Below, piece by piece: positions 1 through 13,100 of a stretch of DNA of 64,000 bases. The stretch lies in assembly GCA_002633005.1 (NCBI GenBank), contig NMRA01000218.1, forward strand, positions 143,113 through 207,112, read 5' to 3'. Source of the DNA: Phoronis australis (lineage: Eukaryota > Animalia > Phoronida). Each line of letters starts with the position of its first letter. Position 1 is the stretch's first letter. The position numbers were made by a program, and so were the translations under genes. Under the pieces are notes generated by a model. The model saw nothing but the letters and a program-made list of their open reading frames with translations. It was not told the origin of the DNA and searched no databases.

Positions 1-384
1 CATCCGGGGAACCACAAAACTGACAAATCACAAGACACCACAGAAAGATAAAGGACGAATGATGTTGACGATCACAACATTGGGAATTCACAAGACAAGA
101 CAATGGCTCATGTCATGGACTGGAGAAAATGACATTTGTAGTACATCGTACCTTTATTGGGAAACAACACAGTTAACACCCACCTACAACATGCATATTG
201 CAATTTTTGGTCAGAGCTGTTATAGAAAAATTGGTAATGGCTGAGTAGACGGGTGATGGCTGGTCCCTCTTCAAAATCGCTGCCACGAACCAGTTTACGT
301 GAATTACGGTACTGGCTGTTATTCACTTAGCGAAAACGGATTCCGGGCTAGTCTGTTACGGCATCTACAAGCGATCGCCTACCC

Positions 385-670
385 CCATAGAAAGTCTGTC
401 ATCTCAAATGCAGTGAATAATGTAGAATGAGACGCGTGCATAAATTCACATAACACGTACCATGTCTGGGGGCAATTTAGGTAACATAATTTGAACATAT
501 CCATGAAAATCTGTTGTGGTTCCCTCTAGCTTCTTTCATTGGATGCTATTTTATGGAAGTTGTGTGAAATCACGCCTGCTGACGAAAGAAAAGTCCAAGG
601 GACACAAATCTTGCAAATTCTGCAGGATATCTTCCCATGCTACTTTTTGCAAGTGTCATGTGCCAAGTTA
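385..670 (+). repeat. Interspersed repeat copy (inverted copy at ~1990-2285; another at ~45830-46390)
   Basis: catgtctgggggcaattta..aacatatccatgaaaatctgt is the reverse complement of ~2140-2195. The cttcccatgct..tttttgc.agtgtca segment recurs at ~46345. Confidence 0.7.
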
Positions 671-1075
671 CGCGCTTCTAAGTATCGTGCTTCAGGGTAT
701 GATTAGGAGAGTACCAGCTCGGTTTTTGTGAGCTGAAATTGTCTTGAGGCTTACTTGTGAAATACGATGTCAGTTTTTCATTGCTCAACATACAAACGCA
801 ACCTCATTTTTTGACAATGCTGCTCTCATGCTTGCAAATCCACGTCAGCCGTGTCAACTAACACTCACTAACATAACAGTAACAAAAGAACAATAAAGAA
901 GCGCTCAGCGCTGGTCAACTATTGTCGCCATCTGCCAATCTCGTTTTTCCACGGGTGCTCAAAATATAACACTCTCGAATAGCACCTCCTACACAGATAA
1001 AGGAGTGACTCTATTGACATCGTGAACTTCAGCAAAGTGAGATTTAAGCACCTGGGATTTCCTCGTCTCCTTTTC

Positions 1076-1131
1076 ATGACAATGGTGATGAAAGTTTTGC
1101 GGGGGCCCGGAGGCAAAATAAGAGACAGCGG
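1076..1131 (+). CDS. SLFN: Tentative first coding exon of the Schlafen gene (MTMVMKVLRGPGGKIRDSG)
   Basis: ATG at 1076 and donor GG|gtgagc at 1132. Phase 2 matches the acceptor at 3255. No conserved motif confirms it. Confidence 0.4.
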
Positions 1132-4100
1132 GTGAGCGGGGTGAATAGTAGTGACTGAAGGAAATAGTGGCGGTTGGAGGAAAGAATACTGGATGGCTGA
1201 AAATGTTGCCTCCAATAATTACGTTTAACTTCCTGTATGCTTGGAAACATGATATACTGGTTGTAATGTGCTGACACACTCATCTTTAGGACCTTAGATT
1301 TTCGGATATCGTAAAATCCTTAGGCTATTTGTTAAGGTAACCCTAACTAGATATGGTTTACGTTTTCATAAAAATTCACTGAAAATATTGCAATACCTCT
1401 GTGGCGCAGTTACTATCCTCTCTCCTGATGGCCAGATATTTTGAGCATCGCAGTCTCCCCTCGTTGCCAGTGATGCCACGCAGCCTCAATCCCCTCTCCC
1501 TTCTCACTTATGTTGGTACTGTCTCTCGTTAGTTTTGCCCTCACCCATTGGGTTGTTGCCGTACTGCCCACCTCACTTTCGAGATGCGGCTTGGATAGGA
1601 CCCCCAGCTACATTGCGGCAGTACCTAGCCATATCAGTATGAATTATGGACTGATACTTGAACAATAAAACTTGCACCGAGGGAACTTCATAAGTCCCTA
1701 CAAATAGGTAGCCTCTCGGCTGGCCGTCTAGGGGCTACAATTCCGTCACTTTCTGTAAATCTGCTCACTGAATAAGGTTTTCATCTTGTTAAATGTACAT
1801 TTTACAGTTAAAATTATCACTTAAAAAGCACTTGCTTTCTTCAGTGATCCTTTCTGGTTCTTTGCATATCTTCAATGAACTCCAATTTTTTGGTCGTTGT
1901 TAACTTTTTCACCGTGCACGATAACCACAAATTATTTCAATTGACATCACATAAGTTATGCATGGAAAAACACAAGTCTAAGTGCAGCATAGCGCGTGAC
2001 ACTTGCAAAAAAGCATAGGAAGATAAAATTATCAATTGGAATTTTTAAGATGCGTGTCCCTTTTCAGTTGTTTGTCAACAGGCGTGATTTCACGTAACCT
2101 TAAAATGGCAACCGCTGAGGGAAGCTCGAGCAAATCGTGACAGATTTTCATGGATATGTTATGATTATGTTGACTAAATTGTCCCCAGAGTCATGATATT
2201 TGTTAATTATAACTCCATGTGTATAATAATATGAATTTACAATCTATTTTATTCGCTGTGTTTTGAGATGAGTAACTTTTTATGCGGCATTACAGGGTAA
2301 TGTAATTGAAACAATGGTCTCTTTGCAGATTTCTCTCAGATGGTTGCTGTTGATTTTGTTTCTGGGACTGGAACTTTTCTAACAAAACCGTGATTCCCAG
2401 AGTACAAGAAACTCGATATTCATGGATCACTAGCAAAACTTAATGTCAATAAGCTCGATTCGTGTCAATAAATAAGTTTAGATAATGTCCAAGCTGTCAT
2501 CTGCGACAAATGTGGGTCATTCGCACATGACAACTATTGGTCACATAAATTGAGTCTCTGATACCCTAAAAGTGACTAAAAGCTGCCTGGATCACCGCAT
2601 AACACATAAAAGAATGGATGGATTGCTCTTTGACGTATAACTGGCAGTTCATTGGCTTTCAGTTTTTGAATTACTGGTAGAATTTTGCTGCCTGAAGCCT
2701 AACTCATTCTCAGGGGCTCTGAACATGACTGCATGACTGCCACAGAAGACAGAAATGTTATAACCTTATAGATTAATTTTATTAAATTGAAAAATTCTAA
2801 AGAAACGCAATGCTTGTGCTTCTATTTTGGCTGGAACTGTCACAATAGTAGAAACTTTTTTGATTTCAGCTGAGGTCTAATAATTAGATCATGAGAAAAG
2901 ACTGTGGAAGTTTGTCAATCAGTCATATAATCTCGATTATTATTCTCCGTTTGTAAATAAGTTTTCAAAGTTGATGACTAGACACTATAGTTAATGTCTT
3001 TTCAAGAAATTTTTTATTCAAGAAAGTCGAGCAGAGTCAATAGCATTTTATTGATAACTTCATAGAAGTAAAACACTGATTGAAGTTATGTAATTTTTAT
3101 TGATAAACTAACTTGCTTTAAAGTTGTCTAGATTTGAGATCTAAATTTGGAAATAGCTGTCATTTGGAGTTGACTATAAACAAAAAGTGTCTGTAATGTG
3201 GGGGCTGTGAAAGTAGCGGTAAGTGAATTTATGTATAGTTTTTAAACTTTGCAGGTCATCCTACTTGGTGCATTATGGCGAGACCATCCTGGAGTGTTCT
3301 GTTCAAATTACCAAAGGAATCCACGAAGCTGGGAATGATATTGTGTTGCGTTATGTATGCGCCTTGTTGAACTCTGGCGGTGGTAAGAAGTGTGTTGTGT
3401 TATGTATGCGCCTTGTTGAACTCTGGTGGTGGTAAGAAGTGTGTTGTGTGTGTTGGAATGATATTGTGTTACATTGTGTATGCGCTTTGTTGAACTGTGG
3501 CGGTGGTAAGAAGTGTGTTGTGTGTGTTGGAATGCCCAGTTGTCACATTGCTGTGGTTGAAAATTGATGTTAATTAAGAGATTGCTTCGGGTTCATTTGT
3601 GAGGTGTTATTAGTTCTTGTGTATGCTATAGGAAACAAAGCAGTGAATTTGCAGAAAATGGTAACATATTTACGTGTGCAGTAAAGTGTTTGTGTTAAAT
3701 CGCTTAAAACATTGCCAGTGTCAGATTATGGAAGGGCACAGAGTCAAATCTGACGACTTTATAAATGAAATGTGTGAAAATGTACATAGCTGCAAATATG
3801 TTATCTCATAATGCACAGGTGTTAGTTGTTTCTTTCCTACTATTTTTACAGTGTGACTGCTAAAACATTTTGGGACCAGTCAGTGTTCAATGTATTGTTC
3901 TCTCATAATTTTATATGAAGAAATTCTCATAATACAAGTCATGGTGGTGATGTGTGTGTAAAATGCCCCCAACTTGGGACACAATATGGCCGATGTGAAA
4001 TTTTATTTTCACCTTTTTTCTAGAGATTAGTAGCACCAAATAAATGCCAATATAAAGTTCTGTACCATAGCTACCATCTGACAAAGAATCTGAGAATTTT

Positions 4101-7100
4101 TGAACATTCATAACATTGTTGAAAGCCTTGGAAGAATGAAATACCCGTAAGACCAATTTTGGCAATTATTTTTGTCCGAACGTAGTGAGATTTTACCGCA
4201 CAATGTTTTCACTCACTGTTTCTTGGCACACCTTATTTCAGCTGCTTGTCCTTTGATTATAGGCGTTATCCACCTGTTCAATGTGGATTGCCGACGCTAT
4301 GCGCAGGCCAAACACCTGGATGTGTGGTGGAGTGGCATGGAATGTCAGTTTGCCAACATCCTCTCGGAGGATGACCTGTGCAACTATTTTGACTTCATTG
4401 GTAACTACGATGACGCCGACCTTTACCTGTTCGTCAAAACAGCAGAGCATTTCTGCACTCTGGACTTCCACGCCCGCCTTCCCACTGACACGGCAACACA
4501 CGAGGTGACGTACCAGTCTGTACTGAAGCTACTTAGTAAACCCAAAACAAATCCTGGATCTCTCAAAGGTAAATGGTTATCAGTAATTCTACAATATTTA
4601 TTTAATAATACCTAATGATACCAATGGGAATCAAATCTTAAAATGTTTAATCTGTTGTTTCTATTCACATTTAAAGTCTGCATTAGTGGGTCAATTGTCC
4701 ACATAACTGTAATAAAATTAGTAAGAGTAACATCAATAAGCCCAGGTGTGGTTGTTGATGTTCCTTTGTTTTTGTGGAGATTATCGGCCAACTACTATAC
4801 AGCCTGGGAATTTAATACGAGCAACTGATTCCATATTTTAGAGAAATGATCTCGAGTTTTCTTGGAACCAATCGTGTCATTTAGAAGAATTGCCTTCAGG
4901 AATGATTGTCACCCAAATACACAAAATCTTACATACTTGTTGTTGCTCCCTGCTCTTCACTACACAGTGTTTGTGATGTCCTTAATAACTTTCCCATGCT
5001 CAATGTCAGACTTACTTGTATTCATCTTTAGTCCTTTTGATGGCATGCGACTTTCAAGTGGACTCTGTTGAAATATTGGTATCGCACTTTATCTCCAGGG
5101 GCCAGTTTATTGGCAAAAGTTGATTTTTGGTCATTTGACTTAGGCTTTTAGTCTGCTTCTGAGTAGGGAACAGATTTCTGTCTTTTGGCTTCGAGTTGTA
5201 GACAGATTTTCTGACTTAGACTCATGTTATGAAACAGGCGAAGCCATCTGTAGTCTGTTTTTTAACCAAGAGACAAAAGACAATAGGCTTTGAAAAGACA
5301 GCCCGCAGTAATGCTTCGAATGATCTGAAAGGTGTAACTTTTACCATTTGAAGACTTGCCGAAGCTCCCCGACACATTTGTGTATCGCCAGACTGCAGAG
5401 AATCTGAAGAAAGAAACGAAGCAGATACAGTTCAAACAGCTGAGTAACCCGAGAGAGAAATCCAAGTATACCTTGCCGGATCGAATCCGCTATCTCATCA
5501 CCAAGTACGTGTCGGCTTTCGCCAACAATGAAGGTGGACACATCTTCTTTGGAATCGAGGATGACAGGGCTCTGGTGATGGGCGAGTCGATGTCTCAACA
5601 TGACATTTATGAAACAGGTAATAAAGAATGTTTCCATCATTTTAGTGTCTAAAATTAGATTTTGAAAAAATAAGATTTTCTGTTGATCATTATGGTAAAA
5701 TATCACCAATTTAGGACACAAAATGGTGGACAAGGGAAATTTTAATTTTTTTCACTTTAGATAAGTAGCGCAGTTTTTGTTGATATGTGGCTAAATATAT
5801 AGAAATGTTGATAATGTCCTTAGTAGCTTTAAGTTCTGTACAATGTCTACTTTTTGTCTGAATGAGATTAAGGTAGGTGTATACACTGATCAAATCTCCA
5901 GGTTCCTAACTAAAATGAGTAAAAAGGGAGTTTTAACTAGTTAGACATGACTCTGAATGTGACAAAAATCGAAAAAAAAGTTTTTTTTTGTAGTTCGTTT
6001 TTTTTTTAAATCGTATTTTTTAATTTTCAAAAAATCCAATTTTACCTCGAATTATTTTTCAAAATGCACAGGGATCATCATCAACTGTTTTCTTACGCAA
6101 TATTCTACTTATCCATACCAAATATATGTACAAAATCATTATGATCTTGATTTTGTGGCATTTTTTGTGTGTGAGTTGGGGCAAGCACGTCACTTTTTGT
6201 CATTTGGTCACTTTCCGTCTAATAACTAAAAATCTGGTCCATTTATTTATTTTACTTCAGTCCTAGAGGATTTCAAATTTGCAACTTTCGTAAAAATTGA
6301 CCCACGTGCTGTGGAAAAATAGGCCCGAGAACCTTGTCACTCTCCTGAAATCACGAGCCGAGAAAAACGGCTTTGAAGTTAAGCGGTCCATCGATTGCCA
6401 CTTGAGATCAAATTTCGTTCAGAATGCGTGGTCATTATGTTCCAATTTTTGTTGAAGTACTAGAAATAAAGCTGATACTTACTTAATGTTTAGAAAATGT
6501 GACATACCTGTTTGTTTACAGTGTAATTTTAATCATTTTTTCGAACTTGTGAAGCACGACAGACGACCAAAACAAGTATGGCTGTCACATGGGCGGAGCT
6601 TAGCGTTGATCTATTGTCTGCTGTACTGGTGTGCGGACCACACATTAAAACCATGTGTTGATTGTTTATACAATTCATCTGAACTCTCCACTTAGTATAG
6701 TAAAAGACACTCTATATGACACAGACCTATTTGTTAGTATTCCAATATTATCATCAACCAATATATGTGTTATATCAAACCGCCGCGTTACTGTCTATTG
6801 GCGACGAGGATAAAGAACTACTTTCATAGTAATGGTTCAACATTTTTACGTGCCTGTACCGAATGGACTTTGGGGTAAAAAAAGTATCACTTTCTGCGCA
6901 AATAGGTTCGCTTGGGTGAGATTCTCAAGTTACTAAAGTTTCTTATATTGCTTTCCTCTAGAATCGTATAATATCATGAGTTTTAATTCAGGGTTACGTT
7001 TGAATCTATGCACTAGAAAAATTTTGTTATGTTGAACACTGGGTCATTTCTCTAATTCTTTGGGTTACGGCCAGTGGCAAGTTAAAAAATCCTCTGGGTT

Positions 7101-10100
7101 TGACAGCCTAGTTTCTCCACGGCACGTTCCCAGCACAGAAGCACGGTTTATCTGCGAAGACTCTACTCTGACGGCATGTAGTTGTCAATGTGTCGCGCGC
7201 GCGGCTTGTCTTCACTGACGCGTGCATGCACTCTCACCGAATCGTGCAACACCACCCACGTCGATGCTCAGCGTCCTCTCGCAAGACACCTTACCTCATA
7301 TTACCGACTTCTCTTATACATGCACAATTTCTGCACTGACTCCTCAAGCTGAGTGCAGTGATGGCTTCAGTAGGACTAGGCGTACTTTACAGATACACAA
7401 ACAGGCTCAGCCTCGGAACAGGAGCTAGTTCACCATTTCACTACCAACTTTCACATGGTCAAAAATAGAATTATTTGGTCTTGGTCTTGCTACAACACCA
7501 ATATCAGCTGGTACAGCACTCTCGATTGCCCGGTTACGCAATGCTTGTTGGCAAAGTTAGATTAGAGCTAGTGTCCTTGTATATAAGCTCCGCCCCAGTT
7601 GTCAGTCACTGAGCTGGTGAGCACTCAAGCCATACGACCTACCGAGGCTTGGTCAAATATAGCTAAAAAAACAACTTTGGATTTTCAGAATGATTTTATT
7701 TTTCTTCAGTATACTGTGCATCAAGAATTAAAGATTAGGATGACATAAAAATGTAAAAAACAGTCAAAATTTTTTTTTTGTGTATCCACCTACCTTAATT
7801 TGTAAGTGAACAGTTCAGTTGCTTCCATTTGAGAATACAGAGCGTTTCTAGAAGACTTACTCAGCTTGCTATAAGTCAATGATCTGTTTGTCAACATGAA
7901 ATGTACTGTTTTCAAAACTGACCCATCTTTTTGAAACACTAAAAGTGGTCTTGAACACACAAAATTTCCATATGATAAAAATTTATTAAGCCGTGNTTAC
8001 AAAAATGATTTCCAAATTACCAGTTTCCTATTTGGCAGGAGCCTTCTACAGTGAGGCAAATGCTCAAAATTTTTTCCACGTGTTGTTTGGTAACAACTGC
8101 GCTGTATAAACCGTGTTGAAAGTAATGTAAATTTTCCCAGCAAAATCTTTTTGGTGTTGAGCAAAATGAATATTCTACTTATCTGTTATACTGTGTACCA
8201 AACTGTAAAATTTTTAGTTCTTATGAAGTCATTAAATTGTGATGGTGGTTTCTGTGGCTAATAATGATGAGAATTATATTACTTTAAGTATGAGGTGTAA
8301 GTGCTATGCAGACTAAGCAGTGCTTTTTACCTTGCTTACCTGTTGTTGCTGGATATTTGGGATCCATGTTTATTTTTAGCCTCATTTTCAGAGAACAAAG
8401 TCTCTGACAAGATGGACAGCTTTGTCTGGGGCCACCCATCCTTCAAGGCTAAAAGAGGTGTTCATTGGGATATTCAGTTTATACCTCTTCACAAGTTGCC
8501 GAAGAAGGTACTTATTAAGAGAAGTAATTAGAGGTGGTCAAGTACATGTTGTGCCAGGTGGACACGCTGCTCTGATGGGCCGATTGCTCTGATCACCCGA
8601 TGTTTCAATGCTTTATTAATTTAAAATGGCTGAGAAGACAGAGACCTGATTCAAGGGTCTAGCTGTTTACTTCAGTGGGACTTGAAACCACAACCTTGAG
8701 TAAAGTAAGCGAACACTTTTGCTACTTGGCCAAATTGTCACCTCCAGGTACTTATTAAGCCTATGGTGGTCTTTTTGTTATAGCTCTTGTGTGGCGAACT
8801 GGTGTATGAATGGTTAACCCTCATTTTGGGACATTCCGTGTTTTGTGATTCTGTGTTGTATTTCAGCAATGGAGTTAAATCAATTTTGTTGAAACGTTTT
8901 TATTGAATAATAGTTGTAATGAGTAGCTTGAAAGAAACCGGAAGAAAATAAATTGTAAGTGAATAATTTGGGGAATTGGTTGAGATTTTGTTGTGAAGAT
9001 ATTTGGCGTTTTTTAAAACCTAATGTTACTGCCATGGTCACCTGGCTTCACGTCCCAGGATCTAACTTCTGACTTAGACTTGGAACTTTACAAATCATGT
9101 TGCATTTTTCAAATACAAATTTGTAACTTTAATCAAAGTATGCCATGCACTTGAGTCGAGTTTCAAATATGGAGATTTGATCCCGATATCAGATATCTTT
9201 TCAATGCTGCTGAATGTCAACATCACGTTTAAAGTCAATTTTATGAAAGGTACATGTCATGCATGATTTATGTATCATAGTAGAAAAGTTGTTAAATGTT
9301 TGTGGTGTTTCATTTCAGGAGAATCGTGTGATATGCCTGGTGTCTGTTGTACACTTCCCTGGTGGTGTATTCAGCTCTCTGCCTGAGAGTTATGCCATCA
9401 ACGCAGACGGACGAGCAACTTTATTGGAGTTTGATGACTGGAAGAGTCAAATACTGGCACCAACTAAAGGTAATTACCTAAATATTACATAAATCAACAC
9501 CCTAATGTAAGGTTAGACAGCTGTTCAGCATATGTAAACTAAGCAAAAAACACGAGTGTCTTCGCTTTCTGGCAGCAGCTAGGAGGTCATTGGCCTGCCC
9601 GGAATAAGAAAGTTGATTTTGAAATGATTTAAGCTGCAAAAAAACTTTACTGCAGAACTATGTTGCCATAGTGACAAATCACACTGCATCAGCACTTTGA
9701 CTTGAGGTAAAAAAAATGCTGTCATGTGTCATTGGTCAGAGACACCCTGAGAAACTGGGAAACCCGTTTTGGATGCCTTTTTCTTGAGATCCTTGATGAG
9801 CCACCTTATAGTGGTAATAGTCACTTTCAGGGATCTCAGAATTAGAGAATCGGTTTCCTCTTTTGAATAATGGACTTCCCTGAGCCTAAGTTGTATTTCA
9901 TAATACTGCTATCACCAATCACTCATCGACCTCGGGGGAGGGGTTTGTTTGCTTTGTAGAAACCTATGAGATTTGCAGCATAACCTGTGAGTCTGATTGA
10001 ATGGAATGTTATTCACTGCTATAAACACTTATTTCATTATTACTGCCAAATTATAGTGCTATAAACACTGTGAATAAAGCATTCAGTCGTAGTTGCTAGG

Positions 10101-13100
10101 CTGTTTTTATTACGTGGATTTTGTCTCTGTTGCTCTCCAATTGTTCATGAAATTTTTGTTATAGATGTAGTGTGGATGATTCAAGTACAGATTTCAGTGT
10201 TTGTTCTAGTTGATGATGATACGCAGTTGATTGATCTGAGTCAATCTACTTTTCCTAACTTTTTTCTATATTAAATTTGGATAAAATGATATCGTCATCG
10301 AGAATGTTCACTTAAGACAAACTCTGAAATTTTTGTGACTTAAGATTTGATAATGACTGGGAAATGATGTTTTAATTAAATGCACTACCGATGAACTTGT
10401 TTTGCCTGGATTTCCCTCCCACTTCTAGGCCCTAGACATTCCTTAATACTGTCAGGTAGATACAGCATGGTGCTCTGGGTCAAATGAGTTTAACTGGCCT
10501 TGACCCACTTTTTTAAGATTGTCATTTTAAATATGGCAATAAGCTGAATGGATACAATAACTACTTACATTCCAGTGGCGGATTTAGAGGGGGGCCAAAG
10601 GGGCCATGGCTCCCCCCCTAAAATTCTCCCAGATTCCATTTGGCAATACGGGGGTGCGAATGTCTGTCGGGCAAAATCCTGGCTAATTCTCTGCCCTGGC
10701 CCCCCTGACTCAAAATCCTGGATCCGCCCCTGCATTCCTTTAAGTATATTTTTCAAATTCTCAGAAGCTGGTTTTTAGCTTCACATCAGCTTTGTCCAAG
10801 CTCTGAGCTCCAAAGTTTTCCAACCTTCTGAGTTACACTAACAGTCACTCTACAATCTTGCACTGAAGAACGTGTGGCCAGCAACCATTGAGAAGTGGTT
10901 CTATAAGTGATAGTGCAGGAAACAATATCTTTGATCACTCAGAGTGGAGCGTGTGTGACCTTTTACTTGGGAACACAGTTAGAAACCATAATTGCTACTT
11001 AAATGCGCTAGCTTTCCTAGTGGTTTTCCTGAATACCGGAATGTGCTTCTTCACAGTTGTTCCAGAACATAATTTTTACCTGTATTTACAAAATAATTGT
11101 CATCTGTTCTGTTCACATATCCTTCACAAGAATTCACAATCCCAAATTCAATAAATCTAAAAAAGTCCTCTCCCAAAAACACAACCGTTCCTTTATTTGT
11201 TTCCGCTTCCGCCAGAAGATTCTCTCGAAGACTACTCTTGTTTCAAAATAGCGAACATTCAAGTAAAAGCTATGTCAGTAGGCCAACTTTCGACGTCTTT
11301 TCTCAAGTCTTAACCTTAACTCTATGACAAACACACTGTTGATAACATGCTGTTGGGAATAAGACACTTGTCAGAAACATGTCAATATTTCCATTTATAC
11401 ATCCAACTTCTTTCATCAAGTGGTTTTTTCTTTGTTCATTACCTCTCGGTACTGTTTGTTTAGCCCTTGCAACCAAAATAGCTAACGTTTTGATTTACAG
11501 CCTTTAGGAAACTTGTGTTCCAAGGAGTAACTACCTTCGCGGGTGGGTCTATAAATAGTCCTTTACAGACAGTGTACGTGTCTAGGCTGCTTGCCTCTAT
11601 TCTTGTAATGTATTTTACAACACTTCTGACCTTTCGACATGGTATTGGCTGATCGTTAATGGTAATATAAACTTTCAGACATTCCTGACTTGACTAACAA
11701 GTTCGTTAAGCTGCCACTAAGAGTTCCAAATGCGCGGCTCATATACACTTTACCTCATGCAGTTCAGCAGATCAAAGACAAGTTGTTTAAAGGTAATTAA
11801 GCTGTTGTTTGTTTTTTATCTCCACTTGGATTTAATTGGCGAAATGAAATCAATGAGTGATGTCTGAGCAACACATTCCGAAACAAAATGATGCAGGCTC
11901 ATAATGGTCCAGCATGAATCTGATTTGGATTAACTGGACGCCAGTGTGACTTCTTTTTTGGTGTAGTGCGCTCAATTATTTTGTTCCAGTGTAATATAGG
12001 CTGCTTCGCGTACATCAGTATCCTTTCCTGTTTTCCACTGAAAGTGATTGGACAGCTAGTCAGAATGTTGCGTTGTGGTTGTAAGAAACCTGATCTTATT
12101 TTATATTGCTACATTCTTACAAATCGTTTATGATAATAAATTGCGTTAAAATCTTGCAAATTTAGAACGCGATGAGGTAAGCATTTGTGAATTTCATTTT
12201 CTCATTTTTTCTTCAAAAGATAAGTAGCACCAAATTTATGATGTTCCATGTTTAAGATTTTTATCAAAGCAACCTTCATATAATATTTTGAAAAACATTG
12301 GGCATTCACAACAGTGTTAGAAGCGCTGGTCTCGAAAAAGAAACAAATTTGTTGATTATATTTGCACGAAATTGGTGAGATTTTACTGTATATGCATTTG
12401 CAGAGTGTGCCCAGTTTTATGTATGGTATGTTTGTCATTTCATCCTTCTGATGATCAGCATTACTAAATTGTGCTTCTTTTATATTTTAGTCTGTGTACT
12501 AACCGTAAAATCTCACCAATTTAGGTTACCATATGCACAATATGGTGGATTAGTGAAATTTTGTTTTTTGTTCCTTTCACAATTGGTATGTGAAACCAAA
12601 TAATTATTTTATGATTTGAAATTCTATATTATAGTTACTTGCAGACAGTTTTGAGAAATGGTGGGTATTGACAATGTTAAATGTCTTTGAAGATTGGAAA
12701 TTGGTTAATTTTGGCAATTATATTTGTGTGAAATAGGTGAGATTTTACTGTAGTCTCAGACAGGAAATTAATGTTTAATCTAATCGTGTGGAATGAATAG
12801 ATGCACTATTTGTTTGAGCTTGTCTTGAGTGTTTTCTAGTGACATACCATTTGTGTTCTTTTTAGCCTCACGGGAAGTTCAGGTTCAACCAAGGAATATA
12901 CTTGGTAACCACTCCGAACACGACTTGAACTGTATTACCTCAGTACTGGACTTCTTTAGAAGAGACAATGCTTTTGCCATCGCGGCTCACTGTTGGGGGT
13001 TGAACATACCCCGTATAGTATCCGACCTGCCCAGCAAGGTGCTGGATATTCTTGTCATCAGTGAAACTCATGGGCTCCATCTCATCACATTTGCTCATGA

